A DNA stretch of 64,000 bases. It comes from Vicugna vicugna (lineage: Eukaryota). Below the pieces are notes generated by a model. The model ran no database searches. It had not been told where the DNA came from and saw only the letters and a list, made by a program, of their open reading frames with translations. Position 1 is the first letter of the stretch. Each line of letters opens with the position of its first letter. The DNA is taken from NCBI GenBank assembly GCA_013265495.1, contig MU058781.1, positions 9,033,009 through 9,097,008 on the forward strand, read 5' to 3'. Below, in pieces: positions 11,656 to 24,357 of this stretch. Both the position numbers and the translations under genes were made by a program.

Positions 11656-12927
11656 ATTTTGAAAATTAATCGAATATGTTTAACAATTAGCAAATAAATG
11701 TGTTTAGAAATTAATCACGGGAACAGTGAGATTTACAAGGGGCAAAAAAACCCATGTTAATCAAAGTTAGCAGTTTCTCGTTGTGTCCTTAGCCTACTAT
11801 GACTGGATAAAGATGTGGATCTTTTTGATTGAGTAAAAAGGTCATATTCTACTTTGTTTCAAATTTCTGTTTTGAAAAAGACTTCTCTAAATGGAATTTG
11901 ATTTCTTAAGAATTATGAATCTGAGAGTCGATGTTTGGTTAGTTTTAGTAAACAATACAATTTCTCGTATTTGGTGCATTAAAGTTTGAGCGATACAAAT
12001 GTGTCTTTAGTGTCAGGAATTAATAACCTTGATGATGTCTAAGAGGTTTATGAAAGGTCCAAGCCTTTCTGTTTACTTTCCAGAACTACGAACTGTGCCA
12101 AATTTGTCCCTAAAGTCAGTTATAGACATTGTTCTGTGTGTGTGTGTGTGTTTAAACTTTATCTTGCTGTGGTTACTTATCAGCACTTCACCTATAGTTT
12201 CATTACATTCCAGAAATGCTACATTATTTTCTATTCACGAATGCTTCCAACTGTGTGGAAATCTGCAGTAGTTGTGCATTTGCATATTCGAGCATCTTGG
12301 ACTTCGTGAGAAAGTCCTTGTATTTCCTGTATTTCTAAATTACTTCTCCTTCAATATCACAGTGGTGGTGACAATTGAAATGTACAAAGCTAGCTGGCTA
12401 CAGATGACTCTGTCATCTGAGAAACTTTTTTTCAATCTTGTATTAGAAATGCATCATCAAACTCCTGTCACCAAGATGCTGAGTTGGTACGAGGTGAAGA
12501 TGATGAAAGCAGCACAGCGCGGTGGAGACGGGCTGCACCTCCCCTCTCCGCTCCGCTGGCAGGCTCCCACCTTGATCTCAGGGAGAGCGGCAGGTCAGGC
12601 TGCAGACGCCGCCGCACTTCCAGACGGCCCTGTGATGCGTGCTGGCCCCTGGGAACAGGGGAGTGGCTTGGCGTCAGATAGGTCACTTGTGCTGACGCTG
12701 AAGGGTTTTTTCTTTTCGGGCTGAGAGCGCAGGTACGTTCCCTGTGCTGCACTTTCGTGCAGTACAGTGTTATTATAAACCCAACCAAGTGCTTTGTGCT
12801 TTGAGACTCACCTAGTCCTGCCCAGGGCAGCCTGACCCCTGGCCCAGCACCAGCGGTCACAGAATAGCACCTTCCGGAGTCGCAGGCCCAGAACCAAGGT
12901 CCAGCATTCGGAACTGGGGATGGGAAA

Positions 12928-13078
12928 GGGACGGATTTTCCCTGAAGCTATTAGAGCTTAAGACTCAGGGCCTCACACTTGGAGGGGCCCCTTCCGAGGC
13001 CCTGTACCTAATTTTGTATTTGTAGTTTTCATATTTTTTGAAGAGCAAGCAAGGGGCCCCACAATATCTGGATCTATG
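12928..13078. mobile_element. hAT MITE, MER53-like
   Basis: 'ggacggattttccctgaagcta...gcttaagactcagggcc...ggccccttccgaggccctgtacctaattttgtatt...ggccccacaatatctggatc'; subfamily name from memory. Confidence 0.6.
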
Positions 13079-13409
13079 ACCCTCCTGAAATTATTTGCAG
13101 AATGTTAGTGGGGCTGTGTGTATAGGTGCTTGGATGCCTCCATGTTTTTCTGGGGGAATGGTCTGTGGTATTCACTGATTTCTCAAAGCCATCTGTGACT
13201 TAAAAGGGTCAAAGAACTCAGGCCCAGGAGAAATTAATTAGCCTCTTAGTTCCGGACCTGCAAACCCAAGCTCAAGAAGTGATTTTTGAATTGCTGGAGA
13301 CAGTAGCTCCTGGCCGGAGTCCAGTCGTGTCCGTCGATCACCAGAGACATAGACAAGCATGGCTCTGATCAGTTCTATCTCATCTGTAACGTACATCCTC
13401 ATATCTACT

Positions 13410-13520
13410 CTTTCATTCATGTCTAAACACTTACTGAGTGTCTACTCTGTACTCGAGGCTGTGCAGGTTCCAAGAACCCAGAGATGAATTCGGCAGCCTC
13501 TCTGCTTTTGAGGAACTCAC
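13410..13520 (-). mobile_element. L2 3' terminal fragment
   Basis: 'ttcattcat...aaacacttactgagtgtctactctgt...cagagatgaat...ctgcttttgaggaactcac'. Confidence 0.7.
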
Positions 13521-14059
13521 GTAGTTTCTGTCACTTTAGCTGTAGATGGACTGCCTTCTTTCCCAGGGTGGCCGTATCCAGGTGCTTGCCTCGAGATCTT
13601 GGGGCTATTTCTAGCCAGTCGAAATGAAAGCTTGTCAACATAGTCCCAGCTCCAAAAGACCCCCTAAGAAAGCCAGTCTTAGAAAGGAATGGTTTCCCAG
13701 GGCAGGTTTGTGTGGACCACGGAGCTCTGCCCCTTGCCCCCTCTGCTGCGGGGACAACGGCTTCATCTGTCCAGCTGTGAGCCTCCCTGTCCACAGCCTC
13801 CAGTGCAGGGAGTCAGCAGGGTGTCCGCCCCGATGCCTGAGGAGCCCAGAAGTAAGTAATGGCTTGACTGCCATTGGGGCTGAGCGATTGATCCTGGTGG
13901 TCAACAGCTGTATTGATTAATTAATTAACTAATTAATATTAACTGTTAATGCAATCAGTCTCCTATAGTCAAAGCAAGACTCCTTCCACGTCTATCACAG
14001 TAGCTGGTGAAAGTTGGGTTGGGAAAGTTTTTCTCATTTCTGCATTCCTATTCTTTCTA

Positions 14060-14280
14060 CCTCCATCACCTACTCACCTGAATTCAAGTCCTGTTGATTC
14101 TACATCAAAAATGTGTCATTCCCTCCTCTCTGCGCCCTCTGCCGTCATCCTGACATAGGTCCTCATCACCTTCCACCTCCTCCATCACCACAACCTGCCC
14201 CTGGATGCTCTCCCCTGTTTGCTTCCCTCCCCCTCATCCACCCTACACATTCCTGCCAGTCACCTTCTGCTTCTGTGCAC
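14060..14280 (+). mobile_element. L2 fragment
   Basis: 'caagtcctgttgattctac...cctcctctct...ctcatcacct' typical L2 3'-ORF2 region. Confidence 0.55.
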
Positions 14281-15207
14281 AGTGGGGCTGCAACTGCACA
14301 CAGAGGCCCAAGCTGTTACCAGAAGATTGTTTGAGAGCATGGAAGGGAAGAATAAACAAAGCTAAATGGTCGCTCCAAGACATTTTGTGCTTCTGTGGAC
14401 TTCTCGCTTTTCCGCAGTCACGCCTTGTGCTGTGCTGTCTCTGGACCGCCCCCCGCCCCCCAGCATTGTTCCTTCCATCCAGCACCCTGCTCTCCGCTCT
14501 CCATCTCTCAAAATGTTACTCAGGTCTCAACAAGAGAGGCACTGATTGTAAAGCTTATGCATAAGGTGGAAACTTAATATCATGGAACCCAAATTACATT
14601 TTGAAACACTAGAACCACCCTGGGAGCAGCCACGTGCCCCTGGTCCACTCCTCCCCACACCTGCTAAAATGCATCAAGGAACACAGACCACCCGAAAAGT
14701 CTCGCAGTCACATCTCCTAGGTCTTCATTCTCCCTCCAAGCAGTATTTCCCAGCCTTTCCAGGTCTGGCGCAGAGAGAAAATGGCAGTGTTCTCTGCACA
14801 CCAGGGTGAACGGAGGGGCTGTGCATGGGGAGGGCCTAGGGCAGCCCTCCTGCTGCAATGTCCCAGCCGGGGATCCCTATCCAGAGGAATGTGTTTGCTG
14901 AATAAAATGGCTTCCATGGTTTGTTCCTTTGTCATTCTTCTTTTCCTGAGTGGGTATGGTTGCATCCCTAAAAGTTAGATACACTTGTGATATGACTCCA
15001 CTCTGCATCAATTCTACTCTCCATGAGTTCTGCCTTGATTCTCTGTGAGCACCATTTGTCTCACATAGTCTGTATAATTTGGAAATTCATGAACTTGGTC
15101 TGACCCCTCAAGGAAAGGAACTGTAACTTATACCTAACTTGGTCCACCTGGCCTCTGGTGGGTGTTTGTGCCTCTTTTGAAGGAGAAGTAAGTGATAGCC
15201 CCTTCTT

Positions 15208-16070
15208 TCATCAACCTAAAAATTAGCTTCTGCACAGCAAAGATCATCAACAAAATGAAAAGGCAACCAACCAAATGCGAGAAAAGATTTGCAAATTATG
15301 TAACTGATATCTGATAAGGGGTTGATATCCAGAATATATAAAGAGCTAATACAGCTCAATAGCAAAATAAAAAAAAACAGTTTCCTCAAAAAACTAAAAG
15401 TAGAACTACTATATGATCCAGCAATTTTATTTTTGGGTATTTATCCAAAGGAAGCAGAAACACTAAGTTGAAAAGATATATGCACCTCCATGTTCATTGC
15501 AGCATTATTTACAACAGCCAAGACATGGAAGCAACCTAAGTGTCCATCAATGGATGATTGGATAAAGAAGATGTGGCATATATGTACAATGGATTATTAC
15601 TCAGTTGTAAAAAAGAAGGAAGTCTTGCCATTTGCAGCAATATGGATGGATCTTGAGGGCATTATGCTAAATGAAATAAGTCAGAGGAAGAAATGGAATC
15701 TAATAAAAAAAAGAAGAAAGAAAACTGAATGAATACATAGATACAGAGAACAAATTAGTGGTTGTCAGAGACAGGGAGGTGGCAGGTGGGTGACATGGGT
15801 GGAGGGGGTCAAAAGGTACCAACTTCCAGTTGTAAGATGAACAAGTTCTAGAGATGTAACGTACAGCATGGTGACTACAGTTAATAATGCTGCATTGTAT
15901 ATTTGGTTAGAGAGTAGATCTTAAAAGTTCTTATTACAAGGAAAAAGTTTTGTTAACTATGTTGTAACTAGACTTATTGTGGTAATCATTTCACTGTGTA
16001 TACAAATATTGAATCCTTGTGTTATATGTATTATATCTCAATATATATCAATTATATCTCAATAAAAAAA
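15208..16070 (+). mobile_element. L1 3' end (L1MA9-like) with internal deletion
   Basis: ORF 15490-15732 '[29 protein letters not shown]' is L1 ORF2 C-terminus; 3'UTR 'aaaggtaccaacttccagttgtaagatgaacaagttctagagatg'; ends 'ctcaataaaaaaa'. Confidence 0.93.
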
Positions 16071-18289
16071 TGCTCCTTCTAGAGATCCATCACTTGACTG
16101 GTATCACAAGAGAGCTTTTTTTGTAACTTTAAAATCTTTCGTTTTCCTCTATGTTTTTCTCTTCCTAGGAATTCAGAAATAGGCTTGGGCATCACCTGAA
16201 CTCAATATCCCACAGCCCAGCTGCAACTCCACGGGACTCGGCAAGTTCCAGAATGGCACGGCAACTGCAAAGGCTGCACCAGGACTGTGCGCTGAGGCTG
16301 TCTGTGGGCATGGCTCTGTTTGCTCTTCTTTTTGCTTTTTTGGTCAAGGTCTATAATGAAAACATAACTAACTGAAGCCTCTGTGAAGAAGAATAAATTT
16401 CTAATTAAAATCTTCAAAGAAGAGGAAAGCAACCACATTAATTCTCAAAGGGCGATAATTTCTTCTGGTCTCCCCACCTGCTCTTCAACCACACTCTTTA
16501 ATGAGGCTCACCCCATCTCACATTGAGCTGGGACCACGAGTTATTTGACCTGCAACCCAATAACAGCTGCCTTAGCATCTCTTTTCAATTAAGCTCCTTT
16601 TGGTTTATTTTTAGCAAGAAATGCAAGTGGCTGCATTTTCTTTAAATCTCCAGTCTTCAGTCAGGGCTTATTTGTAGGGAGGGTCTGGTCACCTCTTCCA
16701 TATGCAGGAAGAATTTTCCATTTTCAATAAACATTTATAAATGTTTCTTTTCTCTTGATGCCTTGTTTGGGGTCCCGATGCTACAAGCACCTTATTTTCC
16801 ACAGCAGCTGTATTGCTGAAAACTTTATATGGAGCCTGTCTTTGGATCTTGAATCCTTTTGGAATGCACAGGGAGAGTCTGCCAGTTAAAGGACTCCTGA
16901 CAACATTTTGAGAAGTCTGAGGAATCAGCCACTTCCTAAGCACCCACAAACTTTCAAAAACTGGATTTGTCTAAACAAGCTCTGCCTCTTTTCTGACATT
17001 TTTGATCAATTACGTCAAGTGTTAATTTCTACCTGACATCACTGGCCGTTACTAAATGAAGTGATTTCTTTCACAATAAAAGGAATGAGTGTAATGCACA
17101 AGTCTCCTGACTATCAGAATTTAATAAATTACCTGGATTGTATAGTCACAGGGAAATCAGGCGCCGTGTGGTTACCCTGGGACGGCTTTCATTTTGAACC
17201 TCCACCTCTGTTCGGGTCTTCTTTTTATTCAAAATGTTTTCAGCCTCTTTTTTTGACTTTAAGGGATCCAAATTAAAATTATGTCATCAGTCGCTGAGTT
17301 TAAAAAAAAAAAAGAACACAAAAAACTCTAGTACTAGTTAGTACATTTCTCCGGAACCTGGTATGTGCTTCTAAGAGTAAATCACATGTAAAGTGCAAGG
17401 ATCTGCTCATGTCTCTACAAGAGCCCTGCAGCGGGACATCTACTTGGGATTCCTGTGCTAGCAGCAGGAGGAAGGAGAAGAGTTGGCAGGGTACAGGAGC
17501 CTGCTGGACACTTCATTTCTTGAGAGATATACAGTCATTTCTTTGTTAATTTAAGAGTGAGTTCCAGCGTGGTGCTTATTTAATGAAAACCTAGCAGAGG
17601 TGGAAATACTACCGAAAGCCTAGAGTCATGCTCTCTAGGACATAAGGAAGTTTCACATCCGGTACAGACTGGACACAGAAAGCTTTTTTTCTACTTCTCC
17701 TGAGTCTTTTCCTCTCATCTCCCTCATCTGTTTCTTTCCTCCCCTCCAGTTCTGTGCCTGCCTCTCCTCCACTCTCCTTCCTTCATCTTTTTCCATAAGA
17801 GAGTGATACATCCAGGGTTCTGACAGCCCTGCTGCCCCCTCGCCAGCCGTGGTGGGGATTCTCAAGGATTGTGTCGGCCATGCAGGATCGTCCCCACTCT
17901 GCCCCAGCTGTTACCCCCTGTTAGGCTGCAACTCCACCCTGCTCTTCGGTCCAGAAGGTGTAGAAGCCCTGCAGCAGGAACGGATAATACCTAATAGCGG
18001 TCCCCATCCTGGTGACCAGCTGGCGAGGGTGTGGCCATGGTCTGAAGGCCCAGCTTGCTTTTTCCATGACCTGCTAGAGGGAGAGAGAGAAGGGTGGGTG
18101 TCTGCTGACCACACAGTTCTCTTGCGGACAGAACTCTGAACATGACTAAACCTGGAAGCCGAAGGAGCAAGTGTGGTATCTGTAAAGCTGTCCCCCTTCC
18201 AGCTCCTCTCCTTCTGCCCACAGGGCGGCTGCACATCTGCCCCTCTGGGGTTAGGCCTGGCCACGTGAGCTGCTTTAGCCTATGCAGTG

Positions 18290-18553
18290 GGAGTGGAAAG
18301 GTCATGTCTTTCTTTGGACAGACGTGTTCATATCCAGTCTGCCACATACTCTTCCCACCGCGGAGGCGATTATGGACACACGTGTCAGGATGAAGCTTCC
18401 TCAGTCTGACTGCCTCAGGGAGTGCGAGGGGCAGAGCGTCCTGCCTGCGTGTGCCAGACACGCGTAGAGCAAGAACGGAACTTGTGTTCCGCTGAGTCGC
18501 TGAGATTTGGGAGCTCTTACTGTGGCATGACGCAGCCTACCCTGACAGATACA
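18290..18553 (+). mobile_element. Old MLT1 LTR 3' portion
   Basis: End 'ctgagatttggga...ttactgtggcatgacgcagcctaccctgacagataca' matches MLT1 3' termini. Confidence 0.55.
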
Positions 18554-18624
18554 GAGTCAGGCACGAGAGGAGAATCGACCTGTTTGTAATCACAGTTTAT
18601 GAACGTAGCTGTTCTTATGCCTTA

Positions 18625-18730
18625 TCACATTCATGAGGGCTCAGCCCTCATGACCTAATCACCTTTCAAAGGCCTCACTTCCCACCATCACTTTGGGGAT
18701 TGGCTTTCAACATGAATTCAGGGGTGGCGT
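18625..18730 (-). mobile_element. MaLR (MLT1/MST) LTR fragment
   Basis: 'catgagggctcagccctcatgacctaatcacct...caccatcactttggggatt...tttcaacatgaatt'. Confidence 0.75.
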
Positions 18731-18794
18731 GGGAGGGACAGACCAGGAGACAAATTCTATGGTAAGATCTTTTCGGTATTTTGGCCGATTTTTT

Positions 18795-19415
18795 TCTTAA
18801 ATTGTTTATTAGAGTAAAACAAACATAGGAAAATGCAGATATGTGTACATAAATACATGTACCTAAATGCACATAGATAAATCAGGGGGAGACAGCTTGA
18901 TGCATTTTCAAAAAAAGAACACACATGGTAACCAGCACCAGTAGACTCCCCATGCACCTTCCCAGCCATTAACTCTGTCCCTCAAAAGGTAACTACTATC
19001 TTTACTTCTAACATCCTAAATTGGTCTCCCTGTAACGGAGTCATACACCATGCGCTGCTTTGCGTCTGCCTTCTTTTGCTCAACGTTGCTTGTGAGATGC
19101 ATCCAGGTTGTGTGTGGCAGTAGTCCATTCACTTTCGTTGCTGATTAGAATTCTGTTGTGTGAATATACCGCATTGTAATTATCCATTCTACTTTTGAGT
19201 TACTTCTAATTTTTTGGCTACTAGAATAATGATGCTATAATTCGTGTTTTGGTACACAAAAACATGCATTTGTGTGAACTTAGATCAAGGAGTGGAATTG
19301 CTAAGTTGGGGCATTTGCACATGCTCAGCTTTAGTACACACTGCCAAGTGGTGTTTTCAAGTGATTGGACTAATTTACATTCCCATCAACTCTGTCTGAG
19401 AGTTGTGAACGCAGT
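18795..19415 (-). mobile_element. Old L1 (L1ME/L1MC-like) 3' region
   Basis: 'aggtaactactatc...ttttgctcaac...gagatgcatcca...tgaatatacc...ggagtggaattgct...ggactaatttacattcccatca'. Confidence 0.8.
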
Positions 19416-19529
19416 CCGCTTGCTGAGGTGAACCCTGACATTCTCCTCACTGTTTCTCCTCTCTGTACCTTTGACTTTGTTCAGCAGACCTTGTCTCTGT
19501 TGTCTCTCATCCATGAGTCAGCCCGATTT

Positions 19530-19785
19530 TGATAATAATGATAATACTGATAGCCATCAACCGTCTACCCTTTAAACATGTCAGACAAAATGATGTGCAC
19601 TTTACAAGTGTTTATCAGTCTTGAAAACACAGCCTTGAGATACATTTTATTATTCCCATTTTACTGAGAAAAAAAAAAATCTAAAACTCACAAGATTAAG
19701 TAACTTGGAAGGATCACAGAGCTACTAAGTCATAAAAGCAGGACCTGACTCCAGAGTCTTGGCTCCAATGCTGTGCACTCTTCCT
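19530..19785 (-). mobile_element. MIR SINE
   Basis: 'ttattattcccattttac...gattaagtaacttg...atcacagagctactaagt'. Confidence 0.75.
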
Positions 19786-20339
19786 GCTCCCAAGACTCTC
19801 TTCCACCTCAGCTTGACTTGTGCCAACAGATGTGGATCTAAGATTGACCCCGTGGGTGCCTGGGTTATGAGGGGGCCCGGACTCTCCCTCTGTATCATCC
19901 TGCTCCAAGAATCTGCATGGTTCTGGATGTACTTTTAAAATATTTATTACTCAAGTTTCTTTTCTCTTACTTCCTTCCTCCCTCTTTCTCCCTCTCTTTC
20001 CCATTCTTCCCTGGTTCATCAAGTGCAAAACTGTCAATAGTATAATGTTAAAATTCTTTGCTGAAACTTTGCTTTGTTGCTGGGAAAATGTGTCAAAACA
20101 TCAGATTTCCGTATGTCGTTCAGTCAGAACAGAGGCTTTTCCATTGACTTCACTCCAGGTTGAAATTTTAGTGTCTATTGTAAGATGTCATAGAGAGAGA
20201 ATTAGAGTTACAGATGAAGCTTCAAGAGTTTTTATCGTTATAAAATAAGCATGGGAGATAAATGAAGAAGGGAGAGAGCAGCAGAAAAGGAAAGAAAGGA
20301 GGGAGTGAAAGAAGAAAAAAGAAGGGATAAACGATATTC

Positions 20340-21025
20340 TTAAGGTTTGCTTGGCCCCTGGGCACCCCAAGGTGCTGTAGTGAACTCATAGGAGCGCCAT
20401 GGGATATTTTAAATTTTTGTGGGAAGCGCCGCGACATCTGTCAGATACCAAACAAACTGTTAGCTCAAAATAGTTCACAGTTTCAACATTAAAATGTGTA
20501 AGATTTTCTGATGTTACCATATCTTTGCAAGACTGGACCTAAGGCAGTTGCTGGGGTAACAGGCAAGTATCAACTGAAAATCAATGTGTAACAAGAAATG
20601 AGGGTGATGTTAATTCAAGGTTTGAGAAGTTGTACAGTGCCCAACAGATGCACACCTTTCATTCGTAGGTAATTATGGTAATTTTAGAATGAAATAAAGA
20701 TACATTTATTTTAATTTACATGTATTTTTTTAAGTTTTAAAAATGTGCATTGAATTATAGTTGGCTTACCATATTGTATTAGTTTCAGGGGTACAACATA
20801 GTGGATTGATATTTTTATAGAATATATTATAATATAAAGTTATTATAATACTATACTCCCTTCACTGCACAGTAACACGTATTATTTTTTTCAAACAACT
20901 TTTATGAATTATTAAGACACAAGTATTTATTATGTTGTTAGACCTACTAACTTAATAAACAGACTGGTTGGCCATTTCTTTTGGCTGAGGGGTACCATGA
21001 ATCAAGAAACCTGAGAAACCTCTGC
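20340..21025 (+). mobile_element. hAT-Charlie element (Charlie4a-like) with decayed transposase C-terminus
   Basis: 20520-20662 translates, with one stop and a frameshift, as YLCKTG...KYQLKINV*QEMRV.../RFEKLYSAQQMHTFH, matching the Charlie C-terminal YLCE.GFS...K.R...E.EMRV...RF..LC...Q.H.SH pattern; terminus 'tgagaaacctctg'. Confidence 0.8.
20725..20875 (-). mobile_element. Short L1 3' tip inserted in the Charlie element
   Basis: 'ttgaattatagttggcttaccatattgtattagtttcaggggtacaacatagt' with a T-run; flanks 'acatgtattt' and 'acacgtatta' may be a TSD. Confidence 0.75.
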
Positions 21026-24000
21026 TCTATGGTACAACTCAATCTAGAGGACCCATGCCAAGCTTATATTCATCTGGAGTCCTAATCATTTCTCAAAATA
21101 TTTTTAGTTTTTGAAAGTTGATTCATCAGTAACACCTGTTTATGCCTGCTCTACTACTGAGCTTGATTTTTATGATGTGGAAACCATAAACTTTGAGTTA
21201 AGGAACCATAAAAGAGTTAAGGATCTGAAGCAACTGGGATTCAGATCTCAATTGTTTTCCCTACAAATCTGAGACAGATAGTATAGGGAAAGAGCATGAG
21301 ATTTTTGACATCAACAAAAGTTTGGTTTAAATTTGCAGCCAGACCACTTCCTCCTTCTGAGCCTCATTGGTGAGGCAGGGACAAAGTTCCATTGCTGGGT
21401 CATTGAAAGATGAAGTGAGATCACAAGAGTCAAACAGTGGGTCCTTGGCACACGTTGTTTCTTCCCCTTTCATGATTCCTTTAGCCATTTAAACATGAAA
21501 ACCAATTTTGTAAACACGGTTAGGTGTTTTAAATTTTGATATTAACACATGACCACCCAAAAGCACTATATATGGAATAAAAAGATTCCTGCCTCAAGGG
21601 ATGTAGTGTCTAATTCTAGCAAATGCAGCAAAGGAAGGGAAGTTCAGAGAAAATGAGTTGCAGCTGTATTTGAGGAACTCAAGTTAATGACTGCTGGGGA
21701 GCACAGATTTGGGGGGGCGACCTAAGATCAAGAAGGAGATTTTTCCATGGCCAAAGATGAAAAGAGCAAAGAGATTAATAGGGAGGCCTAGAAGTCATGC
21801 CCTCCCCAGCCCTACCTTGGGGGTAAAGGAAATGCAGACGCTATTATTCTTCATTAGTTTTCTGTCAATTATTTCCTACCAGTACTGCTTCCTAGAGTTC
21901 TGTGGCCAAAATATCCCAACTGTGTAGCCGTTGAAGCAAGGAGTTTCATTTGGCCTCTTATTAGGTTTTCCTAGTTTATGGGCATCTGAATATACTTAGA
22001 AGGACTGATGAGGCAAATGCCCAGAAAAGAATGTGGGAAGAGGACCCAGGAACCTTGGATCAAGGTAAGGAAAAGCCTGGGGTTCAGAAAAGCCTGAAGA
22101 ACTGGGAATTTTACCTCTTGAGTTTATCTAATCTGCTTTTAATACGCGTAATTAATCATAAGAACTATAGATGTTATCCCAGACTGTCTGATTCCAAAGT
22201 CCAAGCTTTCAACTTTCATTTTTAACCCCCCATTTCCATAAAGAGAAATAGAACACATGTGGTTTTTAAACAGACCTAAAGATTTTCAAATAGATATAAA
22301 CTAAGTTGTTTACTTACGGCTCAGTGTAGTTGGGCCCAACCTCTGTGACCTAAAGCCTACCGTCCATGTAATGGATACATATGCAATGAGGTAGTGAGTC
22401 TAATTGCAGACTACAGCTTCCTTGTGAAGTGAGTGTTACCTCCCTCAAAGAGTTACTTTGGACTGAGTCTGATGACACTCAATCCTGAAAGTAATTCCTC
22501 GTACTATCTTGTGAATCTTTGCCTTTGCAGGAGGAATTTGTGTAATGTTTTTATTCTTGCAGGTTTAATTTGTTTAAAAATAACCAGAAAGTAATTTAAA
22601 CATATCTAGCGAGGGAAGCATAAGATTGAAGTGGATGTGTTGATAGGGGTCCCTGGGAAAATTCGTTCATGGACCTTGGCTCTCTTAAGAAAATACTTTG
22701 CAGTAAGACTTTTTTCCCTTAAACACTAGACTTTCCCCACTGACTAGCAGGAAGAAAGAAAAATCCAGGAGCAGATGGATTTACAGGTTAATTCTATCAA
22801 ACATTTAAAGAATAATTAACACTAGTTCTTCTCAAACTCTTTCAAAAAATGAAAGGGGAAGACTTCCTAACTCATTCTACAAGGCAAGCCATTTCCCTGA
22901 TATCAGAGCCAGAGAAAGACGCCATAACAAAAGAAAATTGCATCTATATTTATAGGGAATTTTGGTTGGCAGAAATACTCAATAAAATATTAGTAAATCA
23001 ATTTCAACAGCATATTAAAAGATTATTTACCATGAACAAGTGGGACTCACCCCAGGAATACAAGGGTGAGTCAACATAAAATCAATCAATGTAACACATC
23101 ACATTAATATTTTAAGAACTGGGGGGACATGTGATCATCTCAGCTGAAACAGTAAAGGCATCTGACAAAAACCCAACACCTTTTCATGATAAAAACTTCT
23201 TAGAAAATTAGGAATAGAGGGGCAGTTCCTCAGCATGGTATTTATGAACCCACAGGTAACACGTATCAGTGGGGAAAAACTGAAAGCTTTCTCCTAAGAT
23301 CAGGAACAAGCAAGGATGCCCACCTTCACCGCTGATATTCAACATTGTATTAGTAGTTCTAGGGAGAGCTGGTAGCCAAGAAAAAGAAAGAAAAGGCATC
23401 CAAATTGGAAAGGAAGAGGTAAAACTATATTTGCAAATGACATGATGGTCCTATGTACAGAGAATTCCAAAGCATCCACAAGAAAGCTACTAGAGCTAAT
23501 AAGCAAACTCAGCAAAGTTGTAGATTATAAGATCAACACACAAAAATCAGTTTCCATACACCAGCAATGAACAATCCAAAAAAAGAAATTCAGAAAGCAA
23601 TTCCATTTATGATAGCATCTAAAAGAATTAAATGCTGAGGAATAAATCTCACAAAGGGGTAAAAGATTTGTATGCTGAAAACTAGAAATCGTTGCTGAAA
23701 GAAAATTTTATGTATCTAAATAAATGGAAAGATACCCAATGCTCATAGATAGGAAGATTTAACATGCTAACATGTTAGTGCTACCTAAAGTGAGCTACAG
23801 ATTCAGTGCAATCCCTGTTGAAATAGCCTTTCTTGCAGAAATGGAAAAGCCAACTCTCAAATTCATATGGAATTTCAGGAGGCCCCCAACTACTGAAAAC
23901 GATCTTGAAAAAGGAGAATAAATTTGTAAGAACGCTTTCACCGTGCACACTTTCCAACTTCAAAACTTACAACATGGCTACAGCACTTGAAACAGTATAG

Positions 24001-24357
24001 TACTCGTGTAAGAATAGACATATAGATGAATAGAGTAGAATAGAGATCTCAGAAAAAATTCTTTACATAAATGACCAATTGATTTTTGATAAGGGTGCCA
24101 AGATCATTCAGTAGAGACGGGACAGTCTTTTCAACAAATGGTGTTGGGAAAACTACATATCCACATATGAACATTAACTCAGAATGGATAAAAGACCAAA
24201 GTAAACTTGAGTTAAAATTATAAAACTCTTACAAGGGAACAAAACATTGGGGGAAATCTTCATGGCATTGCAGTTGGCAACAGTTTCATAGATGTGACCC
24301 TGAAAGTACAGTCAACAAAAGAAAAATTCTAGACTTTATCACAATTAAGAACTTGTG

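Noticed and set aside
12272..12860. Overlapping 130-150 aa ORFs in a CpG-rich patch
   Set aside because: Non-ATG starts, no domain resemblance; explained by local GC richness
15490..15732. 80-aa ORF as a host gene
   Set aside because: It is L1 ORF2 C-terminal sequence
18631..18653. Inverted repeat tcatgagggct-c-agccctcatga
   Set aside because: Ordinary feature of MaLR LTR consensus sequence
19955..20330. Pyrimidine tract and purine tract that look complementary
   Set aside because: Low-complexity sequence with no extended exact inverted match
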